Program-made: the position numbers and the translations under genes
Origin: an uncultured Clostridia bacterium
GTDB lineage: Bacteria; Bacillota; Clostridia; Christensenellales; Borkfalkiaceae
Direction: 5' to 3'
NCBI GenBank assembly: GCA_947625025.1
Contig: CANQMQ010000007.1
Coordinates: 14,117 to 78,116 of the forward strand
DNA length: 64,000 nt
Notes under the pieces: generated by a model
The model's input: the letters and a program-made list of their open reading frames with translations, nothing else
The model's database searches: none
What the model was told of the DNA's origin: nothing
In this document: piece by piece, positions 31,901-40,044 of the stretch
How the letters are laid out: each line of letters opens with the position of its first letter
How positions within the stretch are numbered: position 1 is the first letter of the stretch

Positions 31901-33880
31901 CTCCGCCTTCTTCGCGCCCGTCACCCCCGATACGGTCACATCCGTATCGTAGAGGGCGAGCGTCATGGCGTAATCGAAGTTTTGGCTGATGGGGCTGAGC
32001 TGCACGTATTCGACGTGGCTCGCCTCCTCGGCGACCGTGAACGTCTTATTTGTCAAATCGATCTTGTAGCGGAGGACGGTCTCGGAAGCTCCCGTCTCCC
32101 CCGTTCTGAAGGTGCAGACGGCAAAGAATTCGCCGCGGGGCGACGCATCGATATAGTAGTAGCCCTGCTTGGAATTTTCGGTATGCGCGGGATCGGTATA
32201 GATGGCGCTATCGGGGAAGGCACGGTTACCATCGAGTTCGAGGGTCACATTCTCGCTGCCTTCGAGTTTATACGTCCCCCCTTCGGGTTTGGGTTCGATG
32301 TAGACGCTCGTCTCCGCATCGAAGGGAAGGGTGTAGAAGCGCATCACGAAGTGCCCATCTTCATCGACATCGTAGCCGAGCAGGTCCCTTGCCTGATTTA
32401 ACATATCGGTAAGGACGGCGTAGACCTTATACGCGATAATGGTTTCCCCCGTCAATGCGGAGAGCTCGTAGCCCTTATCCACGTAGTAGTGGCCTTCAAA
32501 GATATCGTAGAAGGTGATGTTGCCGTAGCCATCGAGCATGAGGCCGCCCTGCCCCAAGTTGCCCGAACTCCCGTCCCCCGTAAGGAACTCCGAATAGCGG
32601 TTGCCCTCTCCGATGGAGCTCGCATAGTAGTATTGGGAGCCGCTCGTCGAGGTTTGGAAGGTGAAACTGTTATTTTCGTTGTCCGTGCAGAGGAAGAGGT
32701 ACTCCGAGGAGGAGACTTCGCCGTCGATATCGACGGCGGCCCCGAGGAGCATGACGACGCCCTTATCGGTATGGGCCGCGTTCTTTTCATCCCGATAGCT
32801 GCGCGTTGCGGTGCCGTATTCATCGACGACGAGGGTATCCGTGGTGACGGCGGGGTAATCGCAGCTGCCCGTTTCGGGATTGAGATAGGTGCTCTTATAG
32901 ATATAGGTATGGGCGAGGTCGGGATTTTTGAAGGCGTAGGTGTAGTCCTCCTCGAAGATCTTTCCCTCGAGTTTGCTCTCATTGGGGAGGGTAAATGTGA
33001 TGCTATCCCCGGACATGGTACCCTCAAATTCCTTCATCCCCCTGCGGAGCAGCACAACGCCCTCCTGCCCTTCGGGGACGAAGATATAGCTCGTACTGCC
33101 GAAGCGGTCCATGTAGCCCTGCTGCCATTTGGCATACAGAATGTGCATGGAAGAATCCGAAATGACATCCCCGGGATGATAGACGACGGAGCCTCCGGGC
33201 GAGGCCGACCAACCGAGGAAGCGGTAGCCCTCCACCGAGAAGCCGTTTTCGGCTACGGTCATTTTGCCGCCCGCATCGGGGTAGGTGGGCGATACGGAGC
33301 CCTGCACGGTGGCGGAAGCATCGGGCGCATTGCCCTCATAGAGGAGCACGGCCGAGCTCGATGAGGCGCTGTAATACAGCTTCATCACGTTTTCGGAAGC
33401 GGTCGCAGAGAGCGCGGGAAGGCTCGCTACCGTCCCCGCACGGGTGGCATCATAGACGTACCCCGTGATCGCGGGCGGGGTAGCCGCAACCGCGGCCCCC
33501 ACGTAGTCGCTTCCCGTATACGAACGCTCGGCATCGGGCACCGTGGCATTCCCGAGGTAGACCTCCACCGTGTAGCCCACCTTGTATTTCGCCGTGAGCG
33601 TCATGGGGGCGGCGGGCATCGTCTTATCGGAGGCGAGTTCGGCGTTGCCATCGAACCATGCCCCGAAGGTGAGCCCCGATTTTTGGGGTACGAGGTCCTT
33701 CACGGCATCCGAAATATTTGCCCCCTCCTCGAGTTCGAGGGAGGAAACGGAGAGCGTACCGCCATCCAAATCGAGGGAGAGGGTGTACGTCTTGCCCTTA
33801 TTGCATGCCGCGAACACGGCAACGCACAGCGTGACTACGAGCAAGGGCAAAAGATAGAATGCCTTACGGATAGATTTCAT
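28925..33880 (-). CDS. 1651-aa surface lipoprotein with N-terminal InlB B-repeat modules
   Basis: Lipobox VAVFAAC. Includes YTLSLDLDGG...GLTFGAWFDG...LTAKY and a second B-repeat (GYRFLGWSA...LYAKW). The long Y/T/G/D-rich remainder is not recognised. Confidence 0.85.
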   Translation of the reverse strand: MKSIRKAFYLLPLLVVTLCVAVFAACNKGKTYTLSLDLDGGTLSVSSLELEEGANISDAVKDLVPQKSGLTFGAWFDGNAELASDKTMPAAPMTLTAKYKVGYTVEVYLGNATVPDAERSYTGSDYVGAAVAATPPAITGYVYDATRAGTVASLPALSATASENVMKLYYSASSSSAVLLYEGNAPDASATVQGSVSPTYPDAGGKMTVAENGFSVEGYRFLGWSASPGGSVVYHPGDVISDSSMHILYAKWQQGYMDRFGSTSYIFVPEGQEGVVLLRRGMKEFEGTMSGDSITFTLPNESKLEGKIFEEDYTYAFKNPDLAHTYIYKSTYLNPETGSCDYPAVTTDTLVVDEYGTATRSYRDEKNAAHTDKGVVMLLGAAVDIDGEVSSSEYLFLCTDNENNSFTFQTSTSGSQYYYASSIGEGNRYSEFLTGDGSSGNLGQGGLMLDGYGNITFYDIFEGHYYVDKGYELSALTGETIIAYKVYAVLTDMLNQARDLLGYDVDEDGHFVMRFYTLPFDAETSVYIEPKPEGGTYKLEGSENVTLELDGNRAFPDSAIYTDPAHTENSKQGYYYIDASPRGEFFAVCTFRTGETGASETVLRYKIDLTNKTFTVAEEASHVEYVQLSPISQNFDYAMTLALYDTDVTVSGVTGAKKAELLLQDEKDPLNYTVGADGCYTETALQGGGVTLSTFVATQIKVTEGDVPSKITFMLSSAYDSSYFTRELYYVFEFTYGTGNSARTEKNYTEITDVNKKTDTGDASAPKNTIWFVELPVSGIGTLYFDENGNATLGSFSIDRSGLRTRSIFGTYGYFLYVKGTGSNQSVEELCFEITTDGSGAHTYYELLEEEEYAVFEYEGLGSLDTTAHLVLRGNEAYWSENGFEEAQDDKVLCTLVADGTAASGATVYNLVPEEGATAPSGMPAKIALREIDYYDVVEWVRVTVFTRYNASFDKTYTAGSDTLKTDGFCSATYTNARGPVSGEYSIDEDALVFEAEDGSHLYFSLDGTAFELLDGIVGTFPIFLEGEWLNLQFDGRSNIIVKDTSSAGRTIGDGRYNVLDVETREVEMFLSIDEGDYITYVAAYSYGEGALVVCDENARGVFVGADWSVLYLDGFDSGTYYAADGSAGVTVYYDVVDADDGFISLRTEDFEYLNFKLDGENHTLTRPQTYSTQRSFYDSNFRPLIFDNGGYLYYADEDADRNGYYYIDGNNLVLYVDAGDADTGSYEKITAAAPAAGTDCVVEKNTYYAWTAGTSVTFNGTVTIQNGGANTEYTLSLTFTPDGEPRFYANATLKIDNTPYNGYQVVNSYVDGSGTRHGLALYNPVIYEYSPFVTYTYNPKGSSTITVAGGTVETKMYDGFENDLPEAQRSFIVENYIGFGPIRINATTASGTLHMGSETMTFTNAKIEEVLYSDASMGPRYSAIFTYNNKQYTVQYHKYDGDYWLYMVATYEKVSANNGYEVGIASFYYADEGYTFPNWVKKGTPYAYTLYKTVGEDKEVVYAYNALVNADGTSGWVLELGDYDVAEDRGNLGKLYEIKVTAGDTKTATVTEHEVKQALGTFENAACFANFFVDHNGDATTVSLAALALTDSDGDYAFVAIKSIDVVSKNVWKVTAQDGTIYTVSLLTEQDGSYTTTQGEYWQINVRRGS

Positions 33881-33904
33881 ATGAACTCCTTGATGTTACA
33901 TTCC

Positions 33905-33991
33905 GTCATACTGAGCGGAGGCACGAAGTGCCGAAGTCGAAGTATCACAACATTATAATGCGGTGATGTCTCGACTACGCTCGACATGACA
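33905..33991. repeat. modular palindromic repeat locus R3
   Basis: S2 (GTCATACTGAGCGGAGGCACGAAGTGCCGAAGTCGAAGTATCAC) followed by GTGATGTCTCGAC...CTCGACATGACA. Fills the gap between two lipoprotein genes. Confidence 0.85.
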
Positions 33992-34000
33992 TATCGAGAA

Positions 34001-35566
34001 TTACTTTTCAAAAACAATGCGGGTGCCGTTGCCGTCGAGGGAGAATTCCCATTCGGGGGTGCCTTCGGGCGGAACTTCGCCCTCGCCCTCCCAATTCTCC
34101 CAAATGTTCATGTAGGCAAGGACGTAAATACTGCCGCGCACGGAAACGAGGTAGGAATACCCGTTCACGGCATCGCTCTTCACATCGACCACGGTAACCG
34201 CGTCGCTTCCCCAAGTGATGCCCGCGGCCGAAACGTGCAAATCGTTTGCGGTGCCCGTAGTTTCCTTCGGGTGCCAATCGCCATAGAGGGCGGCGTTTAC
34301 GGTTACGGCGGGAATGCCGCTCTTCACATAATAGGTGTATTCGATGTGGGTAATACGGCCCTCTTCATCATAAATGTTGTGTTCGAGCGCCAAGACGTAA
34401 TCCGAAGAGGTGTGCATCTTCACTTCGTACGTCACATCCCCGAGCTTCACATTGAAGGAGTATTCCACTTGCCCTCTTGCTGTGATGGCGGTATTATCAT
34501 ACTTGAAGGAAGTTTCGTCGATGGTGATGTGGTGGGCGCCGTCGAGGCTATCCCATGTGCCGCGGAAGAATTCGGCGAAGGTATACGTCCGCGCTTCATC
34601 CTTCCAATAGTTCTCGGCATCGATGGTGGGGCAGGGCCCGCCCTCCCCCTCTTCGGGGTACCATGCGAGGAAGAATGCCCCGTCATCGGTGAAGAAGTAG
34701 TAGACATGGGAGGCGATATTGCCGTTCCAACCGTCCTCGGTGTGTTCTTTGTAACCCAAATCGACGACGCACCACGCCTCTTTGCCGTTGTAGGTGATAT
34801 CGTTCCCATTTATCTTGAGCTCGATCTCGTTGCGCTTCATGTCTACCCAATCCCCCGTGAAGTGCTCCTCCACGGTGACATCGGCGATGGGGTCCAAAAT
34901 GAAGTAATCGGGGGCCTCATCCGAATCGGGATCCGCATTCGAGAGTTTGATGACGTACCCCACCGAATAGTAATAATGGAGCCACGAGATGGTGTAACTC
35001 TTTTCCTTCCAGGTGAAGGTATAGCTCTGCTCACTGGAAGAGCCGTTGGGGCGGACCTCCTCGATCCCCACATCCCCGATCGCCATCTTGGTCTCGGAGA
35101 TATAGAGGGACGTCGTGCCGTCTGCGGAGATCCACGTGCCGCGGAAGTTGCGGTCGAACTTCTTGGTGCCGATGGGCAGCCCCTTCACTGCGGGAAGGTC
35201 CGCCTCCTTCAAGTGGAAGCTCGCCTTCACGGTGGCATGTTCCGCATAGTCGAAGGTGAGGGCGCCATCGGTCGCCTTCAAGACCTCATCGTTCAGGGTG
35301 ACGCTGCCCACTTCGTAGCCCTCATCGGGCTTGGGGGTGACGGTCACCTTCTCCCCTACGGCATACGAGGTGCCGTTTGCGGGGGCAGAGACCTCCACCT
35401 TGCCGTGCGCGGCATCGTACTCCGAGAGGGAGACGGTAACGGAATTCGTGGGGCCGGTGGGCTCAGTGGGCTCTGTAGGCTCCTTGGGCTTGCACGCCGC
35501 GAGGCCGCACGTGAGAAGGAGGGTAGCGCAAAGAAGTGCGCAAACTTTCCTGAAAATACCTTTCAT
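34001..35566 (-). CDS. 521-aa lipoprotein (divergent InlB B-repeat + repeated G[TD]W domains)
   Basis: Lipobox TCGLAAC. VTVSL..YD.A.GKVEVS...Y.VGEKVTVTPKPDEGYEV module. Repeated FRGTW/FTGDW/LYGDW units. Start at MKGIFRK (35566). Confidence 0.8.
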   Translation of the reverse strand: MKGIFRKVCALLCATLLLTCGLAACKPKEPTEPTEPTGPTNSVTVSLSEYDAAHGKVEVSAPANGTSYAVGEKVTVTPKPDEGYEVGSVTLNDEVLKATDGALTFDYAEHATVKASFHLKEADLPAVKGLPIGTKKFDRNFRGTWISADGTTSLYISETKMAIGDVGIEEVRPNGSSSEQSYTFTWKEKSYTISWLHYYYSVGYVIKLSNADPDSDEAPDYFILDPIADVTVEEHFTGDWVDMKRNEIELKINGNDITYNGKEAWCVVDLGYKEHTEDGWNGNIASHVYYFFTDDGAFFLAWYPEEGEGGPCPTIDAENYWKDEARTYTFAEFFRGTWDSLDGAHHITIDETSFKYDNTAITARGQVEYSFNVKLGDVTYEVKMHTSSDYVLALEHNIYDEEGRITHIEYTYYVKSGIPAVTVNAALYGDWHPKETTGTANDLHVSAAGITWGSDAVTVVDVKSDAVNGYSYLVSVRGSIYVLAYMNIWENWEGEGEVPPEGTPEWEFSLDGNGTRIVFEK

Positions 35567-35678
35567 CGTTACTCCTTGCCGAACTTTGCTTCGGCGAATT
35601 ATCCGCAAAGACACGGCGCATGAAAACAGCCCCGTGTCTTTTCAGTTGGTTGTTTGTTCTTTTGGCGCCTACGCTAAC

Positions 35679-38068
35679 TTACACGGCAGGCTCCGTGGGT
35701 GCAGGCTCTTGAGGTGTGGTCTCCGCAGGCGTCCCCAAGGAATAGGTCTGAGGGTCATATCCATTATCCAATACGATGTTGCCGTCGGAGACACTCAACG
35801 TATAACGGGAGCCGTTGATATAGACGATATAGGAATCCGTTCCGGTTGCGGCAACATATACGTCTTTCTCTGCTAATACGGGTTCAAAGGTCTCAGGATC
35901 AAAATCCGATGCCATTGCCTTGATACCGTCCGCAGAGACGACAATGCTATTGAATGTACCACCTTCCGCAGTATAGGTACCGTTTGTAAGGCCCGTAGGC
36001 GTGGAGAGTTTCGTCAATGTTTTCGTAAATACATAAATCGTAACGGGCTCGGCATCCGTTTCCGCATCACCGGCATCGGGCGATTCGGGACCAACTTCTG
36101 CCGCAGGATCGAATCCGCCACCTTCATCCGTATTGAAGAATTTACCGACATTGATCTCAATTTTCAGTTTATCGGGGATTAGCTGATAGGGGGGGTCATC
36201 GTTATACACAGAGCTAATGCTGAATCTATCGATTATCGATTTTTCACCCTTCGTAATTACTACCGTGACACTAACACCGCCTTCGCACGTTACGCCAATG
36301 AGGCGCAGTGTGTATCCTTCGCTGTTGTTCCAAGTGATAGTGCCATTTTCGGCAACGGCAAATGTAGCATTCTTCTCGCCCGTCCAAGTGCCAACCAAAT
36401 CGGCGGGAATTTCGCCAACTTCACTTGCCGTGTAGCGAAGGTCGCCCGAATCGTCTGCGGCAGTCAAAACGAAGTAGCTCTTATCGCCCCACATAAAGTC
36501 AAAGCTGTACAACTTCGAGTTGTGGAAAATCCAATACCTTTCGCCGTCGGAGTATGCCGCAACGTCTGTACTGTTGAGCGTCATTTTTCCGTCCTTGCTC
36601 AATACGAGCGTCTCTTGATTATCTAATCCGCTATAGGTGCCTTCCGCATAATAGAAATCATCAGTAATGACATCGCCATTGCCCTTGACAAAGACGTAGG
36701 TCGTTTTACCCTCTCCGGTTGCCACGACAAGTTGGAATGCGTTCGCCTCGGCGTTATACGTAATGCTTTCGGCTCCATCTATATCGAAGTTGATTTCATA
36801 AGACGTGGACTGCTCTTTTGCGTTTACGAGCGGATAGTTCTGATTTTTCCATGTCACCTTATCGGCGGCAACCGTAAACGTTTCGGAAGAATCTGCAATG
36901 TTCTTCCATTCGCCGATGAATCCCCATTCGGTGGGAATGCTTGTAAGCGCATAATCGACGTAGATGTAAGTATCGTGCCGAATCGTAAACGTATAGCTAT
37001 TCTGTTCATCAAGGGATACGATTTCACCTTCAACTTGGACGGACACAACAACATAGCCGCTGTTCGCCGTAACCGTGATGGTGACTTCCTCTCCCGATTC
37101 GTAGGCATCCTTTTCGGGACTAATCGTCACGGTGCCCATCGTGTCGTCCTCAGGAAGCTCAACCGTATAGGTGATGGGGCCTGCATTCTCAGGACGGAAG
37201 TAATATTGTTCGATGTAGAACGACTTAATAAGGCTTATATCATCTTCGGTAATCGTAATTTCCCAATCGTCAGCGCCGTTTACTCTTACACCATAGTGTT
37301 CCTCACCGCCATCCCATTTTTCGATCTTTTCAATTTCATTCTCTCCCCAAAACACACCAATAGGGCAAACGACAATTGAAGGAACGTCGGGATCGGGCTG
37401 ATCATCGCTATAACAGATATACGTTCCATAATATGCTTCATCAAGGATGAGCGCGTTCGTGCTCGCGGCCTGATATTTGAACGTAGCGGCAATGGTCGTG
37501 TTGGCGGTGACGGTCAGGCTATACGTATTGTCAGCCGTCAGCGTCTTTTCGGCGCCGTCTACCTTGAAACTATCCAAAACCTTGAGCACGTCGGGGGTAA
37601 CCGTTACGGTGACTACCGTATCCTTATTATACGTATATACGTTCCCGTTCTTGGTCCCTTCGGGAGACAAGGAGACCTCACCCCCCCCGTGGTGGAAACC
37701 GTAACCGTGAAGGTAGCGGGAGTGGGCGCGGGCGTATTCGCGGTGAACGTTGCCTTGAGGGTGGTGTTGCCCTGCACCTTGAAGGTATACTTGCCCTCGG
37801 TGAGCTGTGCGGCCGTATCGTTCACGGTGAAGGTGTTGAGGGTGTAACCCGTCTTTGCGGTGACGGTGGCGGTGACTTCCTCATCCTTCACATAGCCCTC
37901 TTTGGCCTTCGGGGCCGTCACTGTGATCTCGCCCTGTGCGGCTTCGCAGACCGTATCTATCTTGTAATAATCGGTCTCAAGCAGGGTGCATGCGGCGATG
38001 CCGAGCGCCGCTACCACGATAAGGAGCGCGGATAAGACCGTAACAAGAATTTTCCTGTACTTACTCAT
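35679..38068 (-). pseudogene. lipoprotein gene split by a frameshift in a G8 tract (pieces 38068..37613 and 37670..35679)
   Basis: The 5' piece has a GGAGG RBS, lipobox LGIAAC and one B-repeat module. The 3' piece continues the same architecture in a frame offset by 2. One extra G gives a 796-codon ORF. Confidence 0.8.
37681..37688. repeat. homopolymer C8 (+ strand) / G8 (coding strand)
   Basis: Read directly and confirmed by the track translation TTGGVRS (ACC ACG GGG GGG GTG AGG). Confidence 0.9.
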
Positions 38069-38130
38069 AAGAACCTCCAAAATATTTTTACAAAACCCAT
38101 ACAAAACGCAGTATGTTCGTTTTCCATTCT

Positions 38131-38160
38131 ATTCTATCATAGTGATTCGCATTTTGGCAA
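38131..38160 (-). promoter_or_regulatory. extended -10 promoter of the frameshifted lipoprotein gene
   Basis: Minus strand reads TTGCCA-18 nt-(TGA)TAGAAT. Confidence 0.5.
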
Positions 38161-38305
38161 CCGATTTTCTGCAATTTTTCCCGTTTTGTGGGTTTCGAAT
38201 TTTGAATATACCCTATAAGCATTGCTTATACCACAACGATTTTTGGCCAAAAAAGCCCAAAAATTGCCATTTTTTGGGGATTTTAGGATGAGGCAGGTCC
38301 AAATG

Positions 38306-38331
38306 AAAAAGCCTGCCGAGGGGCAGGCTTT
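38306..38331 (-). terminator. intrinsic terminator
   Basis: Minus strand reads AAGCCTGCC-CCTC-GGCAGGCTT followed by TTTTT. Confidence 0.8.
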
Positions 38332-38346
38332 GAAGATCCATATCCG

Positions 38347-39861
38347 TTACCGCTTGCGGGCGGGGAGAAGGGCGGGAAGAGAAGTGGCCGCCGTCGGGGC
38401 GTACTTTGCGAAGATGGCCTCGAATTGTGCCTGCGAATATTCCACGTCCTCGTAATCGTTGCGGTTGACGAGCGCACCCGCGTGGATCTCGCTCACCACC
38501 CCTTCACGGTCTATGACCACGGTGGAGGGGTTGCCCGAGAGCCCGAACTTGGTGCCAAGCCCTTCGTAATCGGAGACGATATAGAAGCTCAACCGGTGGC
38601 TGTTCGCGTAGGCTACGATGTCCGCCTCGCTGTCCTCCTCCATATTCCGAAGGCTTCCATCGCAAACGGCGATGATGGCGATGTCGTTTTTATACTTCTG
38701 ATACGCCGCCTCCATGCCCGGGAATTCGTATTCACAGAAGGTGCACTGCGTATCCCAGAAGTTGAGCACGACCGCCTTGTAGGTGGTAAGCAGGGTGGAG
38801 AGGCGGATGGTTTGGGAAGTTTGGGCGTTGGTTGCGAGGGTGGTGTATGAGAAGTCGTACATCACGGAGCACTTCGAATAGCTCACCTTCTCGGGCGCCG
38901 TCCCCGTGCGGAGCGCACCCGTCAGGGTGAGGTTGCAGGTGGGATTTTGGTAGCTCACCGTATACTCCGCCTGTGCGGTGTAGCCATCGGGCACCTTGGT
39001 GAGCCTTACCGTGTAGCTCTTGGGCGCGAGGGCGGCATTCGCCTTGCCGTTGCGGAAGGTGAGCTTGCCAATTTCGCTCGAGCCGTCGTATACCGTCCCC
39101 TCGATGTCAGCAAACGGGATGAGGTCTCCGTTGGTGCGCACGAGGCGGAAGATATATTGAATAGGCGTCCCCTCTTCGAGCTTGGGAATTTCGGAGACGT
39201 CCGTCTTGGCATCGCAGCGGGTGCAGTGCTTGGAGCGGCTTCCCGCCGCTTCGAAGGTGGCGGGCGTATCGATGGTGTACGTCGTCTCGTAGTCGTGCCC
39301 CAAGGCGGGGATCTCTATTGCATCGCTTTCTTTTTGGCAATTCTTGCACTGTCCCGAAGCGATGCCCGCTTCCGTACACGTTGCCTCCTCCAAAACCGAT
39401 TGGATTTGCCAATTGTGCCCGAGGGCGGGGATGATGTTGTGATACTCCTGCCCGCACACCGAGCACAGGGCTATCTCTTCGCCGTCCGTCTCGCACTTGG
39501 CTGCCCGCACGGGGCGCACGAGCTTTTCACGGGTATGCCCCTTGGCGGGAACTTGGTTGGTCGTCTGATAGGTGCAACGGCTGCACTTCACCGTCTCGGT
39601 GCCTGGCTCCGTGCAGGTGGCAGTGGAAGAGATCACCTGAAGGTCGTGCCCCAAGGCGGGGATCTCACGGGTCTCCTCCTCTCCGCACGAGCAGGTGCGC
39701 TTCTCCTCCCCCTTCTCCGTGCAGGTGGCGGGGGTTACGGTCTGCCAATCCGAAAATTCATGGGTATGGTCTTTGTCTTTGCAGGCGGCGAGCAGGGCAA
39801 GGCACAGGAGCAAGAGGGTGCCGAGCGTTGCCAAAAGGGCTGTTCTTATACGGGTTTTCAT
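38347..39861 (-). CDS. 504-aa lipoprotein: five Cys-triad repeats + Ig-like module + C-terminal TlpA/redoxin (thioredoxin-fold) domain
   Basis: Lipobox ALLAAC. Five units of ATCTE.G.....C..C.......IPALGH. C-terminus VVLNFWDTQCTFCEYEFP...GNPSTVVIDREG. Confidence 0.8.
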   Translation of the reverse strand: MKTRIRTALLATLGTLLLLCLALLAACKDKDHTHEFSDWQTVTPATCTEKGEEKRTCSCGEEETREIPALGHDLQVISSTATCTEPGTETVKCSRCTYQTTNQVPAKGHTREKLVRPVRAAKCETDGEEIALCSVCGQEYHNIIPALGHNWQIQSVLEEATCTEAGIASGQCKNCQKESDAIEIPALGHDYETTYTIDTPATFEAAGSRSKHCTRCDAKTDVSEIPKLEEGTPIQYIFRLVRTNGDLIPFADIEGTVYDGSSEIGKLTFRNGKANAALAPKSYTVRLTKVPDGYTAQAEYTVSYQNPTCNLTLTGALRTGTAPEKVSYSKCSVMYDFSYTTLATNAQTSQTIRLSTLLTTYKAVVLNFWDTQCTFCEYEFPGMEAAYQKYKNDIAIIAVCDGSLRNMEEDSEADIVAYANSHRLSFYIVSDYEGLGTKFGLSGNPSTVVIDREGVVSEIHAGALVNRNDYEDVEYSQAQFEAIFAKYAPTAATSLPALLPARKR

Positions 39862-39900
39862 GGTATCTCCTCCCGTTCATTTTTTTGGGGGTTGTTGTTC

Positions 39901-39929
39901 ATTGTAACGGCTTTGTTTGTGTTTGTCAA
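39901..39929 (-). promoter_or_regulatory. sigma-70-type promoter
   Basis: Minus strand reads TTGACA-17 nt-TACAAT. Confidence 0.65.
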
Positions 39930-39995
39930 GCAATCAAATGAATTTTTTGCCGTTCTCACGATATTTTCAACTTTTTTACGGCGATTTTCTTCCGT

Positions 39996-40029
39996 AAAAC
40001 AACAAGGGCCGCGGAACATCCCGCGGCCC
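39996..40029 (-). terminator. intrinsic terminator
   Basis: Minus strand reads GGGCCGCGG-GATGTT-CCGCGGCCC followed by TTGTTGTTTT. Confidence 0.75.
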
Positions 40030-40044
40030 CATTCGTAACAATGG

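Noticed and set aside
35679-37670. Treating the 663-aa ORF as an independent gene starting at TTG 37670.
   Set aside because: There is no RBS, promoter or signal peptide. Its first residues continue the B-repeat module of the upstream ORF once one G is added to the G8 tract.
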